A DNA stretch of 61,404 nt from Chiloscyllium plagiosum. Lineage: Eukaryota. The position numbers and the translations under genes are program-made. Location: contig NC_057719.1 of NCBI RefSeq assembly GCF_004010195.1, forward strand, positions 12,340,207-12,401,610, given 5' to 3'. Every line of letters starts with the position of its first letter. Within the stretch, counting starts at the first letter, position 1. Shown here in pieces: positions 11,838 through 25,332 of this stretch. The notes beneath the pieces were generated by a model, which searched no databases, was not told the origin of the DNA, and worked only from the letters and a program-made list of their open reading frames with translations.

Positions 11838-14800
11838 TCGACTCATAGTTAAGTACAGCACGGAAACAGACCCTTCCAACTCGTCCACGCTGACCAGATA
11901 TCCCAACCTAATCTAGTCCCTCTTGTCAGCATCCAGTCCATATCTGTCCAAACCCTTCCTATTCATACACCCATCCAGATGTCTTTTAAAGCTTGTAATT
12001 GTACCAGCCTCCAACACTTCCTCTGACAGCTCATTTCATACACATACCACCTTCTGCGTGAAAACGTTGCCCCTCAGGTTTCTTTTATATCTTTCCCCTC
12101 TCACCCTAAACCAATGCCCTCTAGTTCTGGACTCCCCCAATCCAGGGAAAATACTTTGTCTATTTAATCTATCCATGCCCCTCATGATTTTATAAACCTC
12201 TATAAGGTCACCCCTCAGCCTCCAATGCTCCAGGGAAAACAGCCCAAGCTGATTTAACCTCTCCCTACAGCTCAAATCCTCCAACCCTGGCAACATCCTT
12301 GTCAATCTTTTTTGGACCCTTTCAAGTTTCACAACATCATTCTGATAGGAAGGAGACCCGAATTGCATACAAAAGTCAAAAAGTGGTCTAACCAATGTAA
12401 TGTACAGCCGCAACATAACCTCCCAACTCCTGTACTCAATACTCTGACCAATAAAGGAAAGCAGCCTCATGTCTTCTTCACTATCCTATCCACCTGCGAC
12501 TCTACTTTCGAGGAGTGATCAACCTGCACTCCAAGTTCTCTTTGTTCAGCCACATTCCCTAGGACCTTACTATTATGTGGATAAGTTTTGATAAGATTTG
12601 CTTTTCAAAAATGTAGCACCTCACATTTATCTAAATTAAACTCCATCTGCCACTCCTCAGTTCATTGGCTCATGAGATCAAGATCCTGTTGTAAACCGAG
12701 GTAACCTTCTTCACTGTCCACTACACATCCAATTTTGGTGTCATCCACAAACTTACTAACTATACCCCTTATGGTCACATCCAAATCATTTATGTAAGTG
12801 ATGAAAAGTAGTGGACCCAGCACCAATCCTCTGGTCACAGGCCTCTGGTCTGAAAAGACAACCCCCACCACAACCCCCTGCCTTCTCCTTCGAGCCAGTT
12901 CTGTATCCACATGGTTAGTTCTCCCGTATTCCACGAGATCTAACCTTGCTAACCAGTCTCCCAAGGGGAACCTTATCGGATGCCTTACTGAAGTCCCTTA
13001 TCAATCCTCTTTGTTATTTCTTCAAAAAACTCAATCAAATATGTGAGACATGATTTTCCAAGCACAAAGCCATGTTGACTATACCTAATCAGTCCTTGCC
13101 TTTCCAAATACATGTACATCCTGTCCATCAGGACTCCCTCCAACAACTTGTCTACCACCGACATCAGGCTCACTGGTCTATAGTTCCCTGCCTTGTCCTT
13201 ACCATCTTTCTTTAATAGTGAAATCACATTAGCCAACCTCCAGTCTTCTGGCACCTCACCTGTGATTATCGATAATACAAATATCTTAGCAAGGGGCCCA
13301 GCAGTCACTTCGCTAACTTACGACAGAGTTTTTGGGTACACCTGATCAGGCGCTGGGGATTTATCCACTTTTATGTGTTTTAAGACATCCAGTACTTCCT
13401 CCTCTGTAATATGGACATTTTTCAAGATGTCACTATCTATTTCCCTACATTCTATATCTTTTATGTCCTTCTCCATAGTAAACACTGATGCAAAATACTC
13501 ATTTAGTATCTCCCCCATCTCCTGTGGCTCCACACAAACACCACCTTGCTGATCTGCAAGGGGTCCTATGCTCTCCCCCGTTACCCTTTTATCCTTAATG
13601 TATTTGTAAAAACCCTTTGGATTCTCCTTTACCCTATTTGCCAAAGCTATCTCATGTCCCGTTTTTGCCCTCCTGATTTCCCTCATATGTATACTTCTAC
13701 CGCCTTTATACTCTTCTAAGGATTCACTCAGTCTATCCTGTCTATACCTGACATATGCTTCCTTCTTTGTCTTAACCAAACCCTCAATTTTTCTAGTCAT
13801 CTAGCATTCTCTACACCTACCAGCCTTTCCTTTCACCCTAACAGGAATATATTGTCTCTGCTCTCTGGTTATCTCATTTCTGAAGGCTTCCCATTTTCCA
13901 GCCGTCCCTTTACCTGTGAACATCTGCCCCCAATCAGCTTTTGAAAGTTCTTGGCTAATACCATCAAAATTAGCCTTCCTCCAATTTAGAACTTCAACTT
14001 TTAGATATGGTCTATCCTTTTCCATCACTATTTTAAAACTAATAGAATTATAGTCGCTGGCCCCAAAGTGTTCCCCCACTGACACCCCAGTCACCTGCCC
14101 TGCCTTATTTCCCAAGAGTAGATCAAGTTTTGCACCTTCTCTAGTAGGTACATCCACATACTGAATCAGAAAATGTTCTTGTATACACTTAGCAAATTCC
14201 TCTCCATCTAAACCTTTAACACTATGGCAATCCCAGTCGATGTTTGGAAAGTTAAAATCCCCTACCATAATCACCCTATTATTCTTACAGATAATATCTG
14301 GGATGGGATCTCCTTACAAGTTTGTTTCTCAATTTCCTGCTGACTATTAGGGGGTCTGTAAAACAATCCCAATAAGATGATCATCCCTTTCTTATTTCTC
14401 AGTTCCACCCAAATAACTTCCCTGGATGTATTTCCGTGAATATCCTCCCCCAGTACAGCTATCCGTTATCAAAAACACCACTGCTGCTTCTCTCTTGACT
14501 CCCTTTCTGTCCTTCCTGTAGCATTTATATCCTGGAACGTTAAGCTGACAGTCCTGTCCATCCCTGAGCCATGTTTCTGTAATTGCTCTGATATCCTAGT
14601 CCCAAATTCCTAACCATGCCCTGAGTTCACCTGCCTTCCCTGTTAGGCCTCTTGCATTGAAAGAAATGCAGTTTAATTTATCAGTTCTACCTTGTTCTGT
14701 ACTTTGTCCCTGCCTGCCCTGATTGTTTGATTCGCTTTTGTTCTCAACTGTACCAGTCTCAGATTGATCTCTTTCCGCACTATCTCCTGGGTCCGACCTC

Positions 14801-16135
14801 CCCTCCCCACACCTTACTAGTTTAAATCCTCCCAAGCAGCTCGAGCAAATCTCCCGGCCAGTACATTAGTCACCTTCCAAGTGTTCCATTTCCACTTGTA
14901 TCCAAGAGTCCCATTTCTTCTGTACTAAGTCCTTAAAAGGTTTATCCAGTGGCTGCACCATGTCCGTAAGGCCTCCAGGAATCATTGCAAAGTCAGCATT
15001 GCAGGTGCAATCCGTCCCTCTTGTACAGGTCACTTCTACTCCAGAAGAGATTCCAATGATCCAAAAATGTGAATCCTTCTCCCATACACCAGCTCCTCAG
15101 CCACGCATTCACCTGCTCTATCCTCCTATTCCTACCCTCACTACCTCGTAGCATGGAGTAATCAAGATATTACTACTCTTGAGGACCTCCTTTTTAAGTT
15201 TCTGTCTAATGCTCTGTAATCTCCCTTCAGAATCTCATCCTTTTCCATTCCTATGTCATTGGTTCCAATGTGGACAATGACCTCCTGCTGGCCCCTCTCC
15301 CCCTTGAAAACATTCTGCACCCTCTGTGAGACATCCTTGATCCTGGCACCAGAGAGGCAACACACCATTCTGATTTTTCGCTGCTGGTGAAACTTCTGTC
15401 TGTGCCTCAGACGAGAGAGTCTCCTAACACAATTGATCTCTTGGAACCCGACGTACCCCTCATTGTATTAGAGCCAGTCTCGATACCAGAAACATGGCTG
15501 TTCGGGCTACATTCCCCTGAGAATCCATCACTCCCTACATTTTCCAGCATACTGTTTGAAACAGGGATAGCCACAGAAGACTCCTGCACTACCTGTCTAC
15601 CTCTCTTACCTTTCCTGGAGTTAGCCCATCAATGTGACTCCATCTGCGACTTTTCTCCCTTCTTATAATTGCTCCCCTTTTTTATTTCTCCTTGCTCTTG
15701 TAAATTCCTCATTGCCTCTACCGTCTCTCCAATTGATCCATTCGATCTGACAGGATTCGCAACCATTAGCATTTATCGCAGATATAATTCTCAGTAAGAC
15801 TTAAACCCTTCCTGAACTCCCACATATCACTCTACTAAGGACCATTTTTGCTTTTTCTAATCTACAGACCCAGAAAATAGTACCGTCTTATTCCTCTACA
15901 AACACTGCTCCAGGCTAACTTATACTTATGGCTTATATTTTTAAGTTTAATCAAGGGACACATCTTAAATAAAACAAAGAACCCACTCTACTCACTATTG
16001 TAGATTTACAGCAAGGCTATACTTAAAACTATTCACTAATCTGTTTCTGTGCTGACCTCTCACAAACAGGTATCTCCAAGATCAGTTGTGAATTTCACTG
16101 CTTGTTAATTTTCCTAGACACACTCTGATGAAAAT
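11838..16135 (-). mobile_element. Near full-length (~4.3 kb) CR1/HER1-type LINE, decayed; ORF1 SGNH esterase-like, ORF2 APE endonuclease + RT
   Basis: ORF1 motifs IVLGDSLV, VHIGTNDIG; ORF2 FNARGL, GDFNFPNIDW, NYRPVSL, QHGF, FVDDTKIG; CR1 3' end at ~11845; TGTTA at 11833-11837 and 16136-16140 as probable TSD. Confidence 0.9.
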
Positions 16136-16522
16136 TGTTACCCTCTGTGAAGCTTTTTTCCCCTTCTTGCATCCAACTGTCCCATTTATTCTGTACTAAG
16201 TCCTTAAAAGGTTTATTGATGCTAACATCCAATGGCTGCACCATGCCAGTAAGGCCTCCAGGAATCATTGCAAAGTCATCATTGTTAGCTTGAAGTTCAC
16301 TGATAACTCTTTTCACTCTGTGCGATCCAAACATATCTGAAACTAGTAAGCTTTTTTTCCTTTCTAAGTCCACCTGGTCACATATTCCAAATCTCCCTCA
16401 TCCAAGTCTTGCAGCCTGTTTCATGGATGAGGAAGACACTGCCTTTTGGAAATTTCTGTTTGGGCAGAGTTTTCTGCTTATAAATCACCATAGACCTTTT
16501 TTAGTTCCATCTGCCATACAAC

Positions 16523-16887
16523 TTACAGATTACTTACAGATTACAGATTACTTACAGATTACAGATTACTTACAGATTACTTACAGTGTGGAAACAGGCC
16601 CTTCGGCCCAACAAGTCCACACCGACCCGCCGAAGCGTAACCCACCCAGACCCATTCTCCTACATTTACCCCTTCACCTAACACTACGGGCAATTTAGCA
16701 TGGCCAATTCACCTAACCCCTGCACATTTTTGGATTGTGGGAGGAAACCGGAGCACCCGGAGGAAACCCACGCAGACACGGGGAGAATGTGCAAACTCCA
16801 CACAGAGAATCGCCTGAGGCGGGAATTGAACCCGGGTCTCTGGCGCTGTGAAGCAGCAGTGCTAACCACTGTGCTACCGTGCCGCCC
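16523..16887 (-). mobile_element. Full-length HE1-type tRNA-derived V-SINE with (TAAGTAATCTG)-like repeat tail
   Basis: GGGCGGCACGGTAGCACAGTGGTTAGCAC head, GGGTTCAATTCCC B box; TSD ATACAAC at 16516-16522 and 16888-16894; removal restores transposase VLGCMADGT. Confidence 0.88.
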
Positions 16888-17881
16888 ATACAACCAAGTA
16901 CAGACAGTGAATTGACTCCATTCATGGCCAGTAGTCTTAACCAAAACTGTTTTTGCTCCAATCTTGTCCACAGTTCTGTTCCCTGGTATATCAAAGTTCA
17001 GTAGGGTTTCATTCATATTGCATGAGAGCCTGTACCCATTTTCTTCCGACTTCTGATTACAAATCAATGGAACCCAATTAACATTATTAAGATATGCTGG
17101 TAGACATTGGACAATCTTGGTTTTCTGTCTGAGAACTAAATCATACCTTTTCATAAACCTAATGTACCATCCAGCACTGGCTTTGAAATCACTGAATTCA
17201 TCTTTTCTTGCTTCGTTTTTGGCATGTATTTTTATACATTGTCAAGTTACTATGCTTCTGTTCTGACAACACTGAATTACCCAGTCAGCAATCTTTTCTT
17301 CCAGTTGTAGCCTTTTGTTCAGCTTTCCTTGGTTGGCATAGTTCTGTTTTGGTATAGCCTTTAGACTTTTCTCCTCCAATTTCAAACAAGTTTTTCAGAA
17401 ATACAGAATTCCCTTGCAGCTACGCTATTTTTGTTCTTCTCTGCAACTTCAATAACTTTTAGTTTAAACTATGCTGTACACTTGTTTCTTCGTGATGTCA
17501 TTTTGTCAGAAACATTTGCGGGAGTTTTACAATAAGTTCAGAGCACAACTGTACACGACACCCACTTCTAAGAAACTGAGGCAACAGCGGGAAGACAAGG
17601 TCAAGAGTTGCCATAAGGTACCGTAGATATTTGCATGCACAGGTCAAATATATGCATGTAAATATATAATTATCAACATTCAATTTAATGAATTGAAAAT
17701 CACGTTGCACAAATATATATTGGTGTGCATAATATGTGATGACACAGGTATTGCATTTGAATCAAAATTGTGCAAATCATGCCCTTTAAGGTTGCATATA
17801 TAGTCAGGAAGAGACTCCCGAAAAGCTAGGGTCCACTTATACACGAGGTATATGAAAAATGCCAGATATTTTGCCCAAAAA

Positions 17882-19055
17882 TAAGGACAAACCAGGGAAT
17901 TATAGACCAATGAGCATGATGTCGGTGGTGGGCAAGTTGTTGGAGGGAATCCTGAGGGACAGGATGTACATGTATCTGGAAAGGCAAGGACTAATTAGGG
18001 AAAGTCAACATGGCTTTGTGCATAGGAAATCATGTCTCACAAACTTGATTGAGTTTTTTGAAGAAGTAACGAAGGGGATTGATGAGGGCAGAGCGGTAAA
18101 CGTGATCTTTATGGATTTCAATAAGGCGTTCGACAAGGTTCCCCATGTGAAACTGGTTAGCAAGGTTAGATCTCATGGAATACAGGGAGAACTAGCCACT
18201 TGCAAACAGAACTAGCTCAAAGGTAGAAGACAGACGGTGGTGGTGGAGGGTTGTTTTTCAGACTGGAGGCCTGTGACTAGTGGAGTGCCACAAGGATTGG
18301 GCTGGGTCCACTACTTCTTGTCATTTATATAAATGATTTGGATGTGAGCAGAAGAGGTATAATTAATAAGTTTGCAGATGACACTAAAATTGGAGGTGTA
18401 GCGGACAGCGAAGAAGGTTTCCTCAGATTACAACAGGATCTTGATCTATTGGGCCAATGGGCTGAGGAGTGACAGATCGAGTTTAATTTAGATAAATGCG
18501 AGGTGTTGCATTTTGAGAAAGCAAATCTTAGCAGGACTTATGCACTTAATGATAAGGTCCTAGGGAGTATTGCTGAACAAAGAGACCTTGGAGTGCTGGT
18601 TCATAGCTCCTTGAAAGTAGAGTCGCAGGTAGATAGGATAGTGAAGTAGGCGTTTGGTATGCTTTCCTTTATTGGTCAGAGTATTGAGTACAGGAGTTGG
18701 GAGGTCATGTTGTGGCTGTACAGGACGTTGGTTAGGCCACTTTTGGAACATTGCATGTAATTCTGGTCTCCTTCCTATCGGAAAGATGTTGTGAAACTTG
18801 AAAGGGTTCAGAAAAGATTTATAAGGACGTTGCTAGGATTGAAGAGTTACAAATCACACAACACCAAGTTATAGTCCAACAGGTTTCATTGGAAGCACTA
18901 TCTTTCGGAGCGCCACTCCTTCATCAGGTGGTTGTGGAGTGATATGGGCTGGGTGCTCGCAGGGGGACTAGATTGGGTTGGGATATTTGATTGGCATGGA
19001 TGACTTGGATGAAAGGGTCTGTTTCCATGCTGTACATTTCTACGACTCTATGACT
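17882..19055 (+). mobile_element. 5'-truncated CR1 LINE inside the right end of the DNA transposon, interrupted by a PLE fragment (~18845-18939)
   Basis: ORF 17859..18215 RT motifs (NYRP, QHGF, DFNKAFDKV); CR1 3' end with gactctatgact tail. Confidence 0.85.
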
Positions 19056-20579
19056 TACACATGAGATCGACCTACACATGAGTATATATGGTACAAAAAA
19101 AGGCAAGTCTTACTAAAACTGTACAAGGCACTAGTGAAACCTCACCTAGTATACTATGAACAGTTTTGTGTTCTTATTAGAGGGAGTTCAGAGTGATTTC
19201 ACTAGATTATTCACTAGTATGGAGGGATCTTCTTATGAATAGAGGTTGAGTAGGTTGGGCCTATACTCATAGACAAGACAATCATACAGCACAGAAACAT
19301 ACTGATTCGGGTTTAGAAAAATACGAGGCAACTTTATTGATTCTTAGGGGTTTTGACATGGAAGATGTGGAGAGGCTGTTTCTCCTTGTGGGACCAGAAG
19401 ATATAATTTCAGGATAAATGGTTGTCCAGATAGGACAAAGTTGACATGGAATTTCTTCCCTAAGAGGCTAGTGAATCTGTAGAGTTCTATCACACAAATC
19501 CCTATAAAGGCTGGATCATAAAGTATATTTAATTCTGAAATAGGGTAAATTTTAATCAGTAAGGGAATTAAGGGTTATGGGCAAAACAGAAAATTGGACC
19601 TGAGGATTATCAGATTGGCCATGATCTCATTGAATTGTGGAGCTGACATAATAGATTGAATGACCTATTTCTGCTTTTATGTTTTTTTGATCTCTGAAGC
19701 AACTATTATAGAAGCTGAAGGACCCAAGTTAATTTATTTTCGTTTAACTTGTTCCTTTAATGTTGGAAGCTCCTCTATCTTATTAGGCATTATGTAATGA
19801 CCATTGTTCCTAATGTGGCTTACCAATGGAACTATCAATCTTTAATTAGAAAATGTGTTTTTCTTTGCAAAAGGACATGTAGGCAAAAGTTGATTGCAAC
19901 TGTAATTGAGTGGCTGCCTGTTGAGAGAGAGAGAGAGAGAATCTGGAATGTCACACTTGATGCACGTCAAAAAAGCTTCAAATGCAGTATAAACTGAACT
20001 TGTAATCTCTTGGGAGTATTGCAGACTGTGAACATGATTGCTAAAAAAGGCAGCAGTTCTGGGCAAAAGACATATTTACAATTTCCCCCTTTCAAGAATA
20101 TTCAGAGGCAGGAGTTAAAATTCTGGTCTCTGTGGGTTAATGGTCAGAAATCTTTGTGTATGAACTAGTGTGTTGTGAGTTTCATCGTTCTGAGGACAGG
20201 AAATACTCCTGCAGAGCAGGTAAAAAGGTGTTTCCAGTCAGCCACTGTTGAATGGAATCAGGACAAAAGAGTTTCAATCAACCTACAAAGCTGAGACTCT
20301 CGAAATTCACCCTTTAACAATCAACATCAATGCTACCAGTGATATTCAATGGCTGCAATGTTCAACTATCTGCTGTTTACAAACAATTGCAAAAAATATC
20401 TTTTTTTAACCTTTTACTTTTTGCAATCATCTCTTAATTCAAATCTGTGTGTTTATGCATTTCATTTCTAGTTCTTCGCACATTTAGTAATGAATTCTCA
20501 GTCTTTCTGTTAACTTAAATAAGCCTAATTAAATTTGTTCCCTTTTAAAACATAAGGTAATTTGGGTCTGGGGTAAAGT

Positions 20580-21093
20580 CATAGAATCTCTACAGTGTCG
20601 AAAGAGACCTTTTAGGCCATCAAGTCTGCACTAATCCTTCGAAAAGCATCCCAGTCAATCTCTGTAAATCTACTGAAAACAAATAATGCTGGAGATCACA
20701 GTTGGTCAGGCAGCATCCACGGGGAGAAAACAAGCTAAGAGTCACCTAGACTCAAAACGTTAGCTTGCTTTCTCTCCATGGATGCTGCCTGATCCACTGT
20801 GATTTCCAGGTATTTTTGTTTTTAGTTTTGATTCCAGCTTCTGCAGTAATTTGCTCTTACCTTGTAACTCCACATTCACCATGGCTAATCTACCGAGCCT
20901 ACACATCTCTGGATGCTAAGGACAATTTAGCATGGCCAATACACCTAACCTGCACATTGTTGGACTGTGGGAAGAAACACATGAAGACACAGGGAGAACA
21001 TGCAAACACACACATGCAGTCACCCAAAATTGAGATAGAACCTGGGTCCCTGGCGCTGTAAGGTAGCACTGCTAACCATTGTGCCATTGTGCT
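20580..21093 (-). mobile_element. HE1-type SINE interrupted by a fold-back PLE-like insertion (~20668-20860)
   Basis: SINE head at ~21050-21093; inverted gctggagatcacag...ctgtgatttccag arms. Confidence 0.7.
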
Positions 21094-21417
21094 ATATCCA
21101 TAAAAGAAGGGGTCCTTATAAAATTAACTTTGATGCAACCAACGAAAGGGCAGATGAATAACCAAGATGAATCAGTTCACCCTGCCTCATCAATTTTTGA
21201 TATGGAGGTGCCAGTGTTGGACTGGGGTGTTCACTTGAGAATGTAACTTTTAAAAAGTTCTGGGATTTACATATGAAGGAACTGAAACCAACATGCCCAT
21301 TCTAAAAGATGAAAGACTTAACAAACAATCCAGGTCATTTTCAATATATAATTACAGTTACATCACACTGTAAATTTTGCTATAAATTCTGTGTCTTATG
21401 ATCTTATAGTCCACAAC

Positions 21418-21452
21418 TACCTGATGAAGGAGTAGCGCTCCGAAAGCTAGTG
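21418..21452 (+). ncRNA. Minimal hammerhead motif (PLE family A) within repeat ~21204-21490
   Basis: UAC-CUGAUGA-A-GGAGU(AGC)GCUCC-GAA-AGCU-A^GUG. Confidence 0.68.
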
Positions 21453-21879
21453 CTTCCTATTAAACCTGTTGGACTATAACCTGATTTGTAACTCTGCCAC
21501 ATCAGGGAATTATGATTTAATGTATCATGCCTAGAGCCATAGTAAGTTGAGGAACCTTATCCAGAACTGCTTGGAACAATAGATTAGGCAGAAAGAAAGA
21601 ACTGATACTGATATATAGTGTTTAATTAATGGAATAAGAGCAATGCCAGTATTCCAAGGCCATTTTTAAATAACTCTTCAGACAGTGTTGAGCTGCTTTC
21701 TTGAAATGGTACACTCTGTGTGGCATAGGTACTTCCACAATGCTGTCAGGTGAAGAGTTGCAGAAATTTGGGTCAGCAACGATGAAAGAACAATGCTACA
21801 TTTATAAGTCAGAGGATGTGTGACTTGGAAGGAACTTGCAGGTTGTAAAATTCCCATGCATTCCTATAGGTAAGTTATC

Positions 21880-23995
21880 AAAACCAACTAAAGGCCAGCA
21901 GAAAAATAATAATAGAAGATACATTTTGAGGGTAAACTTGCAAGTAATATCAAGATGTCCATCAAGCATGTCTTTTAATATATTAAAAAAAGAGACCAAA
22001 GTGAATGTAGGCCCTACAGAGAATGCGGATGGGGAAATAATAGTGTAGGAGCTAAGAATGGCTGAGAATTTTATCAATATATTATTGTTCATGTTGAAAG
22101 AAATTAATATCATTCCAAAAATACTAAATAATCAAAGGCAAAAGGAGGAGAGGAAATAAGTACAATAAGTATCACTAGAGAAAAAGTACTAGGGAAACTA
22201 ATGGGGCTAAAGACTGATAAGGTCCTGGGAAGTGTTGCTGAACAAAGGAACCTTGGGATGCAGTTTCATAGTTCCTTGAAATCTATGTATTCTACAGACA
22301 GGGTTGTGAAAAAGGCATTTGGTATGCTTGCCCTCTATTGGTCAGCGCATTGAGTATAGGAGTTGAGATGTCATGTTGTGTCTGTACAGTACATTGGTTA
22401 GACCATGTTTGGAATACTGCATGCAGCTGTGGTCTCTCCACTATAAGGAAGATGTTATGAAATTTGAAAGGGTTCAGAAAAGATTTACAAGGATGTTGCT
22501 GGGGTTGGAGGATTTGAGCTATCGGGAGAGGCTGAATTGGCTGGGGCTATTTTCCCTGAAGCATCAGAGGCTGAAGAGTGACCTTATCGAAGTTTATAAA
22601 ATCATGAGGGGCATGGATAGGGTGAATATTCAAGGTTTTCTCCATGGTGTTGGGGAGTCCAAAATTAGAGGGCATAGGTTTATGGTGAGCGGGGAAAGAT
22701 TTTAAAGGGATCTAATGGGCAACCTTTTCACATAGAGGGTAGTATGGAATGAGCTGCCTGATGAGGTGATGGAGGCTGGTACAAGTACAACATTTAAAAG
22801 GCATCTGGATGGGTGTCTGAATAGGAAGGGTTTCTCAAGATATGGGCCAAAATGCTGGCAAGTTACATTAGATCAATGGAGAATATCTGGTTGGCATGGA
22901 TGAGTTGGACCAAAGGGTCTATTTCCATGCTGTACATCTCTATGACTCTAAGTCCCTTCGACCTCCTGGGACGCACCCTAGGATCTTAAAAGAAGTAGAT
23001 ACAGATGCACTGGTTGCAATCTTCCAAGAATCCTTAGATTATGGAACAGTCCCACAGATGAGAAAACTGTCAATGTTAACACTTCATTTAAAAAGGAAAG
23101 GAAACAAAACAGAAATAACTATAGAATGTCTAGCTTGACATCTGTTATTGGGAGAGTGTTCTACTCAATATTAGGATACAATAGTAGAACGTTTAGAAAT
23201 ACATAAAATGATAAAGCAGAGTCAGCAAGGCTCCTTGAAGGAGAAATCATGCCTGAAATATTTATGACAATTCTTCAAGGAGTTAACAAGCAGAATAGGT
23301 AAAGGGGAACCCGTAGTTGTAATTTACTTGGATTTCCGGAAAGTATTTGATCAGGTTCCACATGTTTGACTATTATATTCATAGAGTCATAGCACAGAAA
23401 CAGAAACTTTGGTCCAACACATCTGTGCCGAACAGATATCCCAATCTGAATAACTGAATGAGAACTGAGTCCATGGTGTTAGAAGTAGTTGATTAGAATG
23501 AATTGAATTGAATTTATTGTCACGTGTACTGAAGGACAGTGAAAAGCTTTGTCTTGCGAACAATGCAGGCAGGTGACATAGTTAATTAGCATAGATAAGT
23601 AAATAATAGGTAAACAGCCACAAAAACAAAAACATAAGTACAGGGAATGGCTAATTAATACTGACAGAGAGTAAGGAAAAGGGTTACATTTTCAGAATGG
23701 CAAAGTATAACTAGTGGAGTGCCACACGAACCAGTGATGGGACCACAGTTATTTACATTATATATGAATGACTAGGTGGAGGAAAGTGAATAACACTGTA
23801 GCCATGTTTGTGAATGACACAAAAATGGATAGCAAGGCAAGTAGTGAGAATGACACAAAGAGCCTATAGAGGGATGTGGACAAGGCAGGGGAATGGAGTT
23901 GGGGATTGTCAGATCAACCATGATCTTGCTGGATGGCAGGGCAGGCTTGATCGGCTGAGTGGCCTGCTTCTGCTCTCATGTCTTATGGTCTCATA
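21880..23995 (+). mobile_element. Old CR1 RT fragment with a younger CR1 3' fragment (~22218-22950) nested in it
   Basis: KETKVNVGP...LMGLKTDK resumes as SP...THPRILKEV after the insert; ORF 22373..22705. Confidence 0.72.
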
Positions 23996-25332
23996 GCTAC
24001 AACACCATGCTTGAAAGGTAGATAGCCCACAAGAACGCCCAGGCAGCTGGGGCACTGCTGAGCTTTCCTTATTTTAGACATGTGAGTCTCACTCAGAGTG
24101 CATACTGCTGTTCTGAGTTTTGCTTTCCCTTGCGGGCCATAAACCCACTATAGTCACAACTATATGGCACCATGACATTGGAGGGTCACGGTTTTTTTTT
24201 ACTGTTCAGCTGGGAAGTGAAGTGAAGACAAATGAGTTGTATATGTGATGCTTCCCTGTCATTACACTTCACAACAAATTAATTGATTGCTAAACAGTTG
24301 ATGGCAGTATTTCCTTTGGGTAAATTGGCTTTTCAGAGTGAATCAGTGTTATTCTGTTGAGTGAATGATAGCAGGGCCCTAGGACAGTGCATGTAGAACA
24401 ATGGGACCAATGTCAGAGTTTTCCTTAATGATGGTGCAATGTTGATACCGGAGGCAGACAGCTGAAGAAGTGCTGTAACCAAGGATTGGTGCACTGTATG
24501 GACAGCTTGGAGTTCTTGTTGAAAGTGCCATAGACCTCAGCAGCATGGCTTTGGGAGATGACACAGAGTTAGACCTCTGCTTCTGAGCCAGAAGCTCCGG
24601 GTTCAAATCCCAAACACGTTCCAAGAAGATGCATTTATAATGTGGGCAAACAGATGGATGATTAACGTCCAAATCCTTCCAACACACCACTTGTGGTTCA
24701 GTGTCCAGTGAGCCATGCTTGATGCAGTGAACCTTACATTACAGCTAACAGCCTCAGGCTCACCATCTCAAAATCTTAAAAACTGCTTTCTGTGCCAGAG
24801 AATTGTGCAGACTCACCGCTCTCTGGGTGAAGATATCTCTCCTCAGGACTGAGATGTGGAGAGATTTCTTAAGAGTGGTGAGTGATCAGACATGATCATA
24901 TTGAATGGCAGAGCAGACTGCAAGGACCAAATGGCTTACCTCAGCTGTTATTTTTTATGTTCTTATTCTCTGTCACAGAAAGCAGTTGAGCTGAAACTAT
25001 AAACTATGAAGCTTTTCCAGAAGGAGTTAGATTCAATTCGGAGGGCTAAAGGGATTAAAAGGTATGGGGAGAAAGCAGGAACAGGGTTGGATGATCAGCC
25101 AGGATAATTCTGAGTGGTGGAATAGGCTTAAAGGGCCGAATGGCTTACTCTTACTCCTATATTTTATAGTGTCTTCTATGTCTCTTAAGGGAATGGGCCG
25201 ATGGAAAATAGTGTGGCAAAATGTGAGATTATGCACTTTGGTAGAAAGAAAAGCTGTATGTTCTTTAAATGGAGAAAGACTGCAGAAAGCTACATCATAC
25301 AGGGATTTAGGCATCCTTGTGTATTCCAAAGG

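Larger units (their letters stand above)
11570..17500 (-). pseudogene. Disrupted pogo-type transposase in three pieces (~17500-16888, 16522-16136, 11837-~11570)
   Basis: FKLKVIEVAE (BrkDBD-like), DFKASAGWYIRFMKR (CENP-B HTH-like), NMNET...KTTGHE, LLVSDMFGSH..35 aa..QPLDVSINKPFK, GNMRAP, CGISNALDDMEDD; stops and frameshifts present. Confidence 0.88.
9322..19091 (-). mobile_element. Decayed pogo-superfamily DD35D (Passer/POGK-like) DNA transposon with nested insertions
   Basis: TIRs CCGTATATAATCATGTATAGGTCGA (from 9322) and reverse complement CCATATATACTCATGTGTAGGTCGA (ending 19091); TA duplication 9320-9321 / 19092-19093; internal transposase remnants. Confidence 0.9.

Noticed and set aside
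11838..16135. Potentially active autonomous LINE
   Set aside because: ORF1 and ORF2 are broken by multiple stops, frameshifts and an insertion
16523..16585. ACAGATTACTT repeats giving a TDYLQI repeat peptide in ORF 16423..16698
   Set aside because: It is the tandem 3' tail of the SINE, not a coding repeat or CRISPR array
16800..16887. tRNA-like A/B boxes here and at other SINE heads
   Set aside because: Part of tRNA-derived SINEs; no complete cloverleaf
19760..20580. Possible LTR-like segment with (GA)n
   Set aside because: No second copy, PBS/PPT or TSD identifiable
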